Below are positions 27,414-36,186 of a stretch of 64,000 bases of DNA, in pieces. The DNA is taken from contig DBEZXW010000076.1 of assembly GCA_048291725.1 (NCBI GenBank), positions 5,733-69,732 on the forward strand. Reading direction: 5' to 3'. The notes under the pieces were generated by a model that was given only the letters and a program-made list of their open reading frames with translations, was not told the origin of the DNA and ran no database searches. Origin of the DNA: Collinsella sp. (lineage in GTDB: Bacteria; Actinomycetota; Coriobacteriia; Coriobacteriales; Coriobacteriaceae). The first letter of the stretch is position 1. Each line of letters begins with the position of its first letter. Made by a program: the position numbers and the translations under genes.

Positions 27414-28046
27414 CTAGGCGAGCAGCTCGGCTGCCGCAAACTCCTCGGGCGTATTGACGTTCTCGAAGCAGAGCGTCGAGCCTGCGGCCTTAACGATCTG
27501 CGGTTCATCCATATAACCAGCCTGAACGCGATTGATCAGGCAGCGAATGCGCTGGCGGTCGCAGGCAAGCAGCTCTTGGGCAACCGGCGCACACGCGTCA
27601 CGGCGCCAGACGGCGCAAAGCGGCTCAATCCCCCGCTCCTCGCGCGGCACGCACACGTCGAGCGCCTCAGACTCAACACGATCGGCAAGCGCGCCGATCA
27701 GTTCTGGCGAGACGAACGGCATATCGCAGGCGACGATCGCCACGAGCGGCAATCGGGCCGCGGCCAACGAGCTCGCGATGCCGCGCATGGCACCCGCCGG
27801 TCCTTCAAGGTCCGCCACCACACGCGGCACCAGGCCGCCAAACGCGCGCTCCTCAAGATAGGCAAGCTCGCTGGGACGCGAAGTCGTCACGACCAACTCG
27901 CCGGCAACTGGCGCCAGCCGACCCAGCACACGCTCGATGAGCGGCTCGCCGCAAAACGCCAAGCGCGCCTTATCGCAGCCCATGCGCGAGGACATCCCGC
28001 CCGCTTGGACGACACAAGAAAGATCGGCACGTCTTACGGTAGTCAT
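27414..28046 (-). CDS. mobA: Molybdenum cofactor guanylyltransferase (or cytidylyltransferase) MobA-like
   Basis: SCVVQAGGMSSRMGCDKA ... VACDMPFV motifs. Start at the ATG at 28046 (MTTVRRADL) after GGAGGTG. The 312-aa track ORF is over-extended across selC. Confidence 0.8.
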   Translation of the reverse strand: MTTVRRADLSCVVQAGGMSSRMGCDKARLAFCGEPLIERVLGRLAPVAGELVVTTSRPSELAYLEERAFGGLVPRVVADLEGPAGAMRGIASSLAAARLPLVAIVACDMPFVSPELIGALADRVESEALDVCVPREERGIEPLCAVWRRDACAPVAQELLACDRQRIRCLINRVQAGYMDEPQIVKAAGSTLCFENVNTPEEFAAAELLA

Positions 28047-28135
28047 ACGGCAAAACACCTCCATCGGCATGTTCGAAACCCGACACACGAAGCCAAATAC
28101 CGCCGCCGAAATAACGGCGCTACGAAAAGCTCGTG

Positions 28136-28192
28136 CAAAAACAAAACAGCGCCTTTGCGGCACGCAGCAAGACCGCGAGCACAAAAGCGCTG
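28136..28192 (-). terminator. Hairpin plus U-tract downstream of selC
   Basis: Minus strand: CAGCGCTTTTG ... CAAAGGCGCTG (10 of 11 bp) followed by TTTTGTTTTTG. Confidence 0.55.
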
Positions 28193-28200
28193 GTAGCGTA

Positions 28201-28297
28201 TGGCGGGAACGTATGTGAATCGAACACATCCAAGACGTTTTGCACGCCTCGCAACGGTTTTGAGGACCGCGGAGCCCACCGGAGCCCATCCGTTCCC
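28201..28297 (-). tRNA. selC: tRNA-Sec (anticodon UCA)
   Basis: The 97-nt reverse-strand sequence is GGGAACGGATGGGCTCCGGTGGGCTCCGCGGTCCTCAAAACCGTTGCGAGGCGTGCAAAACGTCTTGGATGTGTTCGATTCACATACGTTCCCGCCA. Folded by hand it gives a 7 bp (+G-A) acceptor, a 6-bp D stem with a 4-nt loop, anticodon loop CCUCAAA, a long 6-bp variable arm, a 5-bp T stem with TTCGATT loop, discriminator G and CCA. It lies directly downstream of selA-selB. Confidence 0.85.
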
Positions 28298-28354
28298 AAG
28301 TGCGGCGGTATTTTACCAAACCGAAACGGCTCCATCCCAAAAAGACGAACAAGA

Positions 28355-28421
28355 AGTTGCGGTGGAATAGTTCCTGTATTTGCTGCCAAAGCCTCCAAAT
28401 AGGAACTATTTCACCGCAACT
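28355..28421. repeat. REP-like palindromic element, subfamily 2, copy D
   Basis: AGTTGCGGTGGAATAGTTCCTGTATTTG against CAAATAGGAACTATTTCACCGCAACT, with one G-T position and one bulge. It sits between the selB stop and selC. Confidence 0.85.
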
Positions 28422-28446
28422 GAGGAGGCGGGAGCGAGTGACCGGC

Positions 28447-30414
28447 CTAGCGCAGGGACCTCAAGCCGCCGGCGTCCTTGTCGAGCACCGTAAAGCGCAC
28501 GGCATCCAGGTGCTCCAAGATGCTGATGGCACGTTTGCGCGACACACCCAGGGCCTCGCGCAGTACGCTCGTGGTCGCAGCGCCACCGGCTGTCTCAATG
28601 GCAGCGGCAACAAGCTCGCGCGCATGGGCCTCGGCGGCAGCGGACAGGGCAACGTCGCGCTCGACCTTAACGATCGAGCGGTTGAGCGAAAGCTCGCGCA
28701 GGGCACGCGTCATGGTGTCGCGATCGAGCTGCAACTGCTCGCCAACCTCGGGCAGCGTCGGCGCATCGAGGCCGGCTTCGTCCAGCAAGGCAACGATCCG
28801 ATCGCAAGCCTCTCGCACCACGCGTGCGGCTGCGGCGGCCGAGTGTGGATCGAATACCTCGGCGCCCTCGGCGGCGCACACGCCACGCGAGCAGCCCTCG
28901 GCAATCAGAGCCGCGGCAACGCCTTCATCAGCGGCAGGCCACGCAGCATGGGCAACGGCGCCGGGCGTAAAGCCCGTCTCCTTGGGAGCCGCCGCGTGCA
29001 TGGCTGACAGGGTCGCCGCAAGTGCATCCATCCCGGCGTCCAGCACCACGGCGTCCGCATAGAGGTCCGCGTCGCCCACGGCAAGCTTGCAAACGGAGCC
29101 CTGCGCCACCAACCCACGCAGCACGGCATCGACCTCGCCGACACCAAGATCCAAAGCCTCGGCAATATCAACCGCCGCAACCGGCAGCGTCTGCAGCGCC
29201 AGCCAAGCGCCCACACCGCCCGCGATATCTCCGGCCTCGAGCGCCGCATACAGCGCACGCTCTCCTTCGGCAAGCTCGCGCGAGCGACGGCAGCGCGAAA
29301 GCAGCACACGCCCGCCGCCAATGAGCATCACGGGCGAATAGGACAGCACCACAGCATGGTCCCCGGCACGCAGCGGCAGCGAGTTTTCCAAGCGCACCTG
29401 AACAATACGGGTCTCGCCCACCGCCATGGGGGCCTCGCCCTCCATGAACATGATGCGACCGACAACCTCGGCTGTACCCGCCATCACGTGCACACGCGCA
29501 CCCGACTCGAGCATACGCGGCTTGGCTCCCTCGCGACCCAAGTAAGTGAACGTCATCATAAAGCGCAACGTCTGACCAAAGCGGTCCGCCACGCCCAGCA
29601 TCTCGCCACGGTCAAGCGCCGCGACACCGTCACCAACCAGGTTGAGCGCCACGCGTTGCCCAGGCAGCGCGCGCGGCGTATCGCCATGCACCTGAATCCC
29701 GCGGACACGGCAGACCGTACGCGACGGCAAAGCCATCAGCTCGTCGCCCACCGCAACCGGCGCATCGTGCAGCGTTCCCGTCACGACGGTGCCGGCGCCC
29801 TTGATCGTAAAGCAGCGGTCAATCGGCAGGCGCGGCGCGGCATCGCTCCGCTCGGCACGGTCGCGGCAAGAATCCCAGCAAGCGGCAACCTGCTCGTCGA
29901 GCGCAGCCAGCAGGTCATCGATTCCCGCGCCGGTCTTGGACGACACAGGCACAATCGGCGCATCCGCAAACACGGTACCCGACAAAAAGTCATCGACGTC
30001 GAGCTCGGCAAGCTCGGTCATCTCGGCGTCGGCCAAGTCACACATCGTCAGCGCGACCACCATATGCGTAACGCCCAGCAGCTCCAGCACATGCACGTGC
30101 TCGCGGGTCTGCGGCATTACGCCCTCAACGGCAGAGACCACCAGCACCGCCACGTCGATGCCCGTGGCGCCCTGCACCATGGCGCGCAAGTAATGCGCGT
30201 GGCCCGGCACGTCGACCAGGCCAACGATCTTGCCACTCGGCAGTGCCAGCTCGCCAAAGCCCAGCTCCACGGTCATACCGCGACGGCGCTCAACCTCCAG
30301 ACGGTCGGGATTCTTGCCGGTCAACGCCTCGATCAGTGCCGACTTACCATGGTCAACGTGGCCCGCCGTGCCAACGATAACGGGACACTCTACCAGCGCT
30401 TGAACCTCACTCAT
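28447..30414 (-). CDS. selB: Selenocysteine-specific translation elongation factor
   Basis: GTPase motifs GTAGHVDHGKSAL, DVPGH and the long C-terminal winged-helix extension (655 aa). ATGA overlap with selA. Confidence 0.95.
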   Translation of the reverse strand: MSEVQALVECPVIVGTAGHVDHGKSALIEALTGKNPDRLEVERRRGMTVELGFGELALPSGKIVGLVDVPGHAHYLRAMVQGATGIDVAVLVVSAVEGVMPQTREHVHVLELLGVTHMVVALTMCDLADAEMTELAELDVDDFLSGTVFADAPIVPVSSKTGAGIDDLLAALDEQVAACWDSCRDRAERSDAAPRLPIDRCFTIKGAGTVVTGTLHDAPVAVGDELMALPSRTVCRVRGIQVHGDTPRALPGQRVALNLVGDGVAALDRGEMLGVADRFGQTLRFMMTFTYLGREGAKPRMLESGARVHVMAGTAEVVGRIMFMEGEAPMAVGETRIVQVRLENSLPLRAGDHAVVLSYSPVMLIGGGRVLLSRCRRSRELAEGERALYAALEAGDIAGGVGAWLALQTLPVAAVDIAEALDLGVGEVDAVLRGLVAQGSVCKLAVGDADLYADAVVLDAGMDALAATLSAMHAAAPKETGFTPGAVAHAAWPAADEGVAAALIAEGCSRGVCAAEGAEVFDPHSAAAAARVVREACDRIVALLDEAGLDAPTLPEVGEQLQLDRDTMTRALRELSLNRSIVKVERDVALSAAAEAHARELVAAAIETAGGAATTSVLREALGVSRKRAISILEHLDAVRFTVLDKDAGGLRSLR

Positions 30415-31868
30415 CGAGCAATCGCCTTCTCAACGCACGCGACGAGCGTCGATGCCGCCGTCTCGATATCGCGGTCGCCCACGAGCGTACGGACGTCAAA
30501 CAAAATGCGATCGTGCGAGGTTCGTGTGACGACCGGAGTGTCGAAATCTTGGACGAGCGAGCGCTTGAGTGCGTCAACGGAAAGACGCTCATCGACAAGA
30601 CGCACGGCAACGCACATGGTGGGCAACTCGACGGTAGGCAGCGAGCCGCCGCCGGGAGTCGACGACTCGTCGACGATCTCCACCTGAACGGCGCACGGGC
30701 AGCCAGCCTTATCGAGGCCCGCCACCATCAGATCGCGCAACTTGCGTGCGCGACGCTCCAGATGAGCCTGCGGCAGCGTGAGCATGTTGAGTACCGGCAC
30801 TTCGCGATGGGCCACATCCGCCCCGTCCATGTAAATGCGCAGTGTAGCCTCGAGCGCCGCCAGTGCAAGCTTACCCGGACGCAGGGCACGCATAAGCGGA
30901 TGCGACCCGCAGGCCTGGACCAGATCGCGACGACCCATGATAATGCCCGCCTGTGCGGCACCGAGCAGCTTATCGCCCGAGCACGACACGATATCGAGCC
31001 CCGCCGCGACCGAAGCCGGCGTGGGCTCCTCACCGCCGCGCACCAGGATGTCGTCGGGCAACAGCGCGCCCGACCCCTGGTCCTCGTAGAACAGCAGGCC
31101 ATGCTTGTGGGCCAGAGTAGCAAGCTCCCGAGAGCCTACCTCCTCGTGAAAGCCCTCGATGCGATAGTTGGAAGGATGGACCTTGAGGATCATGGCCGTA
31201 TCGGGTGTGATGGCTTGCTCATAATCTGCCAGGTGCGTGCGGTTGGTGGCGCCGACCTCGACGAGTTTGGCGCCCGAAGCCGCCATGACATCGGGGATGC
31301 GGAAGCTGCCGCCAATCTCGACAAGCTCGCCGCGGCTGACGATGACCTCTTTACCCGCGGCATGGGTGGCAAGCACCAGCAGCACCGCGGCGGCATTGTT
31401 GTTGACCACGAGCGCGTCCTCGGCACCGGTGAGTGAGCGGATCAGCTGCGCGGCGTGCTCCTTGCGCGACCCGCGCGAACAGGTGTCGACGCTGTACTCG
31501 AGCGTGCTATACCCGCGCGCGACATCGGCCACGGCTTTGGCGGCTGATTCCGCGAGCGGGGCGCGACCCAAGTTGGTATGGATGACCACACCCGTGGCGT
31601 TGACGGCGGGACGCAGGCTCGGCAGCGCGGAGCGATGCGCACGCCACTCGATGGCCGAGGCCAGCTCGCGCTTGGAACGCGGGGCGGCGCCGGCACGAAT
31701 CGCGGCGCGCTCATCATCGAGCTCGGCCGTGACGGCGGCATGCACCACCGCGTCGCAGGTCTCCCCCGCCGCCTTCACAACCGGCCACTCTGCGAGCAGC
31801 TCGTTGACGGAAGGAATAGCGCGAAGGCGGGCGCGTACCTCATCGGACATGTTCTGGCTATCGCTCAT
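30411..31868 (-). CDS. selA: L-seryl-tRNA(Sec) selenium transferase
   Basis: 485 aa with full-length SelA similarity (NATGVVIHTNLGRAPL ... SGDKLLGAAQAGII with the PLP lysine). Confidence 0.95.
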   Translation of the reverse strand: MSDSQNMSDEVRARLRAIPSVNELLAEWPVVKAAGETCDAVVHAAVTAELDDERAAIRAGAAPRSKRELASAIEWRAHRSALPSLRPAVNATGVVIHTNLGRAPLAESAAKAVADVARGYSTLEYSVDTCSRGSRKEHAAQLIRSLTGAEDALVVNNNAAAVLLVLATHAAGKEVIVSRGELVEIGGSFRIPDVMAASGAKLVEVGATNRTHLADYEQAITPDTAMILKVHPSNYRIEGFHEEVGSRELATLAHKHGLLFYEDQGSGALLPDDILVRGGEEPTPASVAAGLDIVSCSGDKLLGAAQAGIIMGRRDLVQACGSHPLMRALRPGKLALAALEATLRIYMDGADVAHREVPVLNMLTLPQAHLERRARKLRDLMVAGLDKAGCPCAVQVEIVDESSTPGGGSLPTVELPTMCVAVRLVDERLSVDALKRSLVQDFDTPVVTRTSHDRILFDVRTLVGDRDIETAASTLVACVEKAIAR

Positions 31869-31944
31869 GTGCGGCCTTTCAAAACCAAAGGTGAATCAAT
31901 CATTCGAACGTCAAACTATCAGCCAATTCGATCGGCTGAGTCAA

Positions 31945-34062
31945 TCAATCGCTATTATCCTCGCGCGCCGCGATCTTTTCCACGCGAACGGCGTTTTCCT
32001 GGGTGAGCGCGGCGCCCGTCAACGGGTCCCAGCGCAACGGTGTATGGTCGAGTGGGCCGACGCCCAAGGCTTGAGCGCCGCCGGCTTCGGCGCCAAACGA
32101 ACGCCCGCCGGGGGCGGCCGAGGTGAAGATGCACGCCGGATGCAGATACGGCGTCGTCTCCACGCGCACGCGGTCGCGGCCCATATCACTCACGAGTTCG
32201 ACAATCTCGCCGTCAGCGATGCCCATGTGCGCAGCAGCATCGGCATTCATCTGCACGGCATCCAGGTCCGATCCAGCCTCGGCGGCACCTTGGGCCGCAA
32301 GCCTGCGCAAGGTGTGCGACTCAAAGGGACGGTTGCCGCTAATGAGGCGAAACATCCCCGGGCCGGGCTCCACCATGGGAGCGATCCAGTTGGGTACACG
32401 ACCCAGACCGGCTCGCTCCCACACGTCGCTTGCCAGCGCAATCCTGCCGCCATCCAGGGGAATCGCCGGCTCGCCCGTACGCGACGGCAACGCAACACCC
32501 GTGTCGGCCCAGCCGCGCTCCTTGAGCTCGTCCAGATTGATCCCAAAAGGCGCCACCTGGGCAGCCGCCAGATCGTCAGACGTAAACTGGAAGTACTCGC
32601 CCACGCCACACGCCTGCGCCAGACCGGCAAAGATCTCCCGACCGGGACATGTGTCGTCATGCTGCACAGTCAGCACGGCGTTGCGGTAGAACACGCGCGA
32701 ATCGTTGGCGCCCACGACCGTGCCTACACCGCGGTCGGCCTCCAGATACGTCACGTCGGGCAGCACGAAGTCAGAAGCGCGCGCCGTCTCGGACCAACGA
32801 ATATCAATCGTCACAAGCAAGTCGAGCTGCTGCAAAATACTCAACCAAGCCTGTGCATTGCCATAGCCCGCACCGGGATTACTGGCATAGACGATGAGCC
32901 CACGCAAATCGCCGGCAAGAATCGACTGACCGATGGTCGTGCACAGGCCGCGCACCGGATCGACCAGTGGATAACGCTCGGACCCCAGCTTGGGCCTGCG
33001 CGGCACCGGCGGCGTCGCAAAGCGTGCGGGATCGAGATCGCCCAACACAAGCGGCGTGGGCGGATTGAGCGCACCGCCCTCATGCCCGATGCAGCCCAGC
33101 AGCACATCGACCAAGCAAATAGCGCGCGCGGTCTGGGTGCTATTGGCATACGCGATACCGATGCCGCCATGAAAGCCCGCATCCACCACAGCGGCAGGCG
33201 CGGCGGCAGCGAGATCGCGCGCCGTAGCGACAATCTCTGCGGCCGGCACGTCGCACATCGACTCGGCCCACTCGGGCGTCCAAGCACGGGCCGCCTGCGC
33301 CAGCTCGTCAAAACCCGTGGTATAGCGGTCCACGAACTCGTGGTCGTACAAGTCCTCGGCAATCAGCACGTGGGCGATGCCCAGCAGCAAGGCCAGGTCA
33401 CAGCCCGGGCGCACGCGCAGCCAGCGGTCGGCAAGCGCGGCCGAGCCGCTGCGCCGAGGGTCGACCACGATGATCTTCGCCCCGCGCCGGCGCGCATCGT
33501 TGAGCGCGTCAACGGCCCCCATCGTCGACGAATCGACAATGGAACGCCCCAGGTACATGATGCAGTCGGTATGCGCAAGGTCGGAGGCGGGGCTATAGCC
33601 CAGGCTGTGCTCCCAACCGGTAAGTCTGCTTACCTCGCAGGCGCCATCGGCACCGTACACGTTGGGCGAGCCCAGCGCATGCATAAAGCGATAGGCCCAG
33701 TAGCGGTCGAACGAGGGCACACCAAGTGTCATGCCCAGCGCACGGGGCCCGCGCTCGTCAACAATTCCCAAAAGACGCTCGGCAATCTGAGCAAACGCCT
33801 CGTCCCAGGTAATCGCATCAAACCCCGAGCCATCCCGGCGGCGTCGCATGGGGTGCAAAATCCGGTCGCGCTCGTCAAACGGCATTGCCAGGCGATGGCG
33901 CCCGCGGGCGCACAGGGCACGCGCCGCGCACGGATGTCCCGGCACCGGCAACTCGGCCACCACGCGACCGTCCTCAACGCGTGCCGCAAAGGCGCAATCG
34001 GCATAGCATCCCCCGCATGTCGTCACCACGGAGCGACCGTCATGCATAGCTCTCGATGCCAT
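31945..34062 (-). CDS. Molybdopterin (bis-MGD) oxidoreductase, DMSO-reductase superfamily, cytoplasmic, substrate unknown
   Basis: N-terminal 4Fe-4S motif CGGCYADC...C, MopB-type domains and a C-terminal molybdopterin dinucleotide-binding beta-barrel. No twin-arginine signal. The candidate Mo ligand is Cys in GADGACEVSRLTG. Confidence 0.8.
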   Translation of the reverse strand: MASRAMHDGRSVVTTCGGCYADCAFAARVEDGRVVAELPVPGHPCAARALCARGRHRLAMPFDERDRILHPMRRRRDGSGFDAITWDEAFAQIAERLLGIVDERGPRALGMTLGVPSFDRYWAYRFMHALGSPNVYGADGACEVSRLTGWEHSLGYSPASDLAHTDCIMYLGRSIVDSSTMGAVDALNDARRRGAKIIVVDPRRSGSAALADRWLRVRPGCDLALLLGIAHVLIAEDLYDHEFVDRYTTGFDELAQAARAWTPEWAESMCDVPAAEIVATARDLAAAAPAAVVDAGFHGGIGIAYANSTQTARAICLVDVLLGCIGHEGGALNPPTPLVLGDLDPARFATPPVPRRPKLGSERYPLVDPVRGLCTTIGQSILAGDLRGLIVYASNPGAGYGNAQAWLSILQQLDLLVTIDIRWSETARASDFVLPDVTYLEADRGVGTVVGANDSRVFYRNAVLTVQHDDTCPGREIFAGLAQACGVGEYFQFTSDDLAAAQVAPFGINLDELKERGWADTGVALPSRTGEPAIPLDGGRIALASDVWERAGLGRVPNWIAPMVEPGPGMFRLISGNRPFESHTLRRLAAQGAAEAGSDLDAVQMNADAAAHMGIADGEIVELVSDMGRDRVRVETTPYLHPACIFTSAAPGGRSFGAEAGGAQALGVGPLDHTPLRWDPLTGAALTQENAVRVEKIAAREDNSD

Positions 34063-34222
34063 CTCGATTATTCCTTCCAGCTCAGGGGTTCATGCCCCGC
34101 CGCACCACAGCCCTGCCACCAGCTGCCGCGACGCAAAGCCCGCTGCATCTACCGCAGCAAGACACGAAGAGCCTCCCAAAAGGCAAACGCCCCTCGGGAG
34201 GCCCGTACGTCATTCCAGCTTA

Positions 34223-35062
34223 TTACGCCTCGGACTTCTTGGCGTAGACAAACCAGTAGCCGAGCGCGATCAGAACCGCGCCGCCCACGATGTTGCCCAG
34301 CGTGGCGGCGGACAAGTTAAACGCAATGCCCGCGGCGTTGAGCGCATCGGCGCCGGCGACGTCGGCACCATAGCCGCACGCGTGCATCACGGCACCCATG
34401 GGCAAAAAGTACATGTTGGCGACGCAGTGCTCAAAACCGCAGGCCACAAAGGCGGCGATGGGCAGCAGAATGCCCACAACCTTATCGACCACGGTCTTAC
34501 CGGCGGTACCGATCCACACGGCCAGGCACACAAAGATGTTGCACAGGATGCCGCGGAAGAAGATCGTCACCCAGTCGATCGTCACCTTGCCGGCGGCGAC
34601 GCTCACCATGGAGTTGGCGACCGCCTCGCCGTTGAGCTTATAGATGCCGGCCATGTACACCAAAAAGACGATGAACAGGGCACCGACAAAATTGCCGACC
34701 CACACGACGACCCAGGCCTTAAGCATCTGAACCAGGGTGATCTTTTTGCTCTTGAGTGCGCAGACCATAAGCGAATTGCCGGTAAACAGCTCGGCGCCGC
34801 ACACCAGCACGAGCACCAGGCCCAGGCAAAAGCACAGACCGCCCACGACGCGCTGAGCGCCCCAGCCCAGCGTGCTGTCGCTCAAGAACACGGTAAAGAA
34901 CAGGCCGCCGAAGGCGATAAACGCGCCGGCGAACATTGCCAACAGAAAGGCCTTAGCGACCGGCAGGTTAGCCTTGGTCACGCCGGCGGCCTCGGTCTTG
35001 GCCTCGATCGCGGCGGGCGCCAGGCAATCGGGAGAGGGGTACTCCACCTTGGAATCTGCCAT
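34223..35062 (-). CDS. focA: Formate/nitrite transporter family channel (FocA/FocB-like)
   Basis: Six-TM FNT pattern including GAELFTGN and CNIFVCLAVW. Start at the ATG at 35062 (MADSKVEY). Last gene of the FHL operon. Confidence 0.9.
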   Translation of the reverse strand: MADSKVEYPSPDCLAPAAIEAKTEAAGVTKANLPVAKAFLLAMFAGAFIAFGGLFFTVFLSDSTLGWGAQRVVGGLCFCLGLVLVLVCGAELFTGNSLMVCALKSKKITLVQMLKAWVVVWVGNFVGALFIVFLVYMAGIYKLNGEAVANSMVSVAAGKVTIDWVTIFFRGILCNIFVCLAVWIGTAGKTVVDKVVGILLPIAAFVACGFEHCVANMYFLPMGAVMHACGYGADVAGADALNAAGIAFNLSAATLGNIVGGAVLIALGYWFVYAKKSEA

Positions 35063-35101
35063 GTCAATCACTTCTTTCCTAATCAGCAGGAACAAGCGCT
35101 C

Positions 35102-35605
35102 CTATTGCTCTTGCCCCAAGCGGACAAAGTGGGAAAAGTCGTTGGCGGCCACGGCGTCGTACACGGCGTCGACGGCCTCAAAGACTTCCGGGGACATGGG
35201 GTTGTAGAACTCCGTGTCGCCCGGCTGAATCCCGACGAAGACGATATCATCACACGATTGCTCAATCTCTTCGATCAGAATCGACAAAGGAAGCGAATGC
35301 GTGGTGAACATCGACTTGCGGGCCACATCACGTTTGTCGAGCAAGCGAATGGCGCCGACGGGCAGCGCCATGTCGGCGGCATCAACCAAAACCAAACGCG
35401 GCGGACGCTCGCGCTTGACCTCGATGATGTCATCCTCGGGCGTCTGACCGCCGTCGATGGTGTACCAACCGGCAAGCGGCGCGTCCTCCATCTTTTTGGA
35501 GAGCACGGGGCCGGCGGCATCGTCGGCACGCAGCACGCTTCCCGCCGTGAGCACGATACCCGCAAACGGGGCGCCGTTCACACGACCATCCACAACGCGA
35601 CCCAT
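35102..35605 (-). CDS. hycI: Hydrogenase 3/4 large-subunit maturation endopeptidase
   Basis: RADDAAGPVL ... IDGGQTPEDDI ... LVLVDAADM ... TTHSLPL ... FVGIQP align with E. coli HycI as I remember it. Confidence 0.9.
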   Translation of the reverse strand: MGRVVDGRVNGAPFAGIVLTAGSVLRADDAAGPVLSKKMEDAPLAGWYTIDGGQTPEDDIIEVKRERPPRLVLVDAADMALPVGAIRLLDKRDVARKSMFTTHSLPLSILIEEIEQSCDDIVFVGIQPGDTEFYNPMSPEVFEAVDAVYDAVAANDFSHFVRLGQEQ

Positions 35606-36186
35606 TACTGCAACCTTCCCGTCAGATACACACCCGAAACATCGCGCACGCGCTCGACCAGATCGCGAAATTTCATTAAGAACGCGACCTGCTGGGCATG
35701 CAGGCCAAAGTCGTCATCGAACACCGAGATGCCGGCCTTGGCCGAACCGCGAAAACCGCGCTCGTCAAGCAGCGCATCACAGGCCTCGAGCAGTGACGGC
35801 ACCGCCGCCTTGTCGAGCTGACACTCGCCAAAGGAGCGGATGGCCTCGAACTTGGTCTTGGCCTCCCCCTCCGGCAACGCATCGACGAGCGAATAGAACA
35901 CATCCACCGGCACCGACAGGCGCGGCTCAAAGCAGTCGAGCACGCCGGTGTGGTGGCCCACGGCGAGCGTGTAGTACAGCACGTCGCAGGCCTCCTGGGG
36001 AACGTCTTCCTCGGTCTCCACAAACTTACGCGTGAGCTCGTAGAAGACCACCTGGTCGGGCGCATGGCCCAGGCAGGGGTCGGCGACGCCCTCGGCGGCC
36101 TCGTCGCTTGCGCGCGAGGCATCGCCAAAAGAGCCGCCGAGCATGCCGGGACCCGCAAAGTAACCAGAGCGGTCCGTGAGCTCCAT
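35605..36186 (-). CDS. hycH: Formate hydrogenlyase maturation protein HycH/HyfJ
   Basis: VVFYELTRKFV and VLYYTLAVGHHTGVLDC match E. coli HycH (VVFSQLSRKFI, VVYYSLAIGHHLGVIDC). It has an N-terminal extension of about 45 aa. Confidence 0.85.
   Translation of the reverse strand: MELTDRSGYFAGPGMLGGSFGDASRASDEAAEGVADPCLGHAPDQVVFYELTRKFVETEEDVPQEACDVLYYTLAVGHHTGVLDCFEPRLSVPVDVFYSLVDALPEGEAKTKFEAIRSFGECQLDKAAVPSLLEACDALLDERGFRGSAKAGISVFDDDFGLHAQQVAFLMKFRDLVERVRDVSGVYLTGRLQ

Noticed and set aside
31945-34062. A second selenocysteine-containing formate dehydrogenase.
   Set aside because: The frame is uninterrupted (no in-frame TGA). The residue at the expected ligand position is Cys, and the surrounding motif does not match the FdhF CAR(V/T)UHGP signature.
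31237-34320. Very long alternate-strand or alternate-frame ORFs. Examples are 31237..34320 (+, 1027 aa), 15306..17468 (+, 720 aa), 37489..39501 (+, 670 aa), 6067..7758 (+), 1230..2627 (+), 39461..41023 (+) and 41688..43154 (+).
   Set aside because: Each lies antisense or out of frame to a gene with unmistakable family motifs (selA/Mo-oxidoreductase, valS, hycE, thrS, ugd, hyf subunits). Their translations are low-complexity and rich in R, A, G, H, D and V, as expected from stop-codon-poor high-GC DNA. No motifs were recognised in them.
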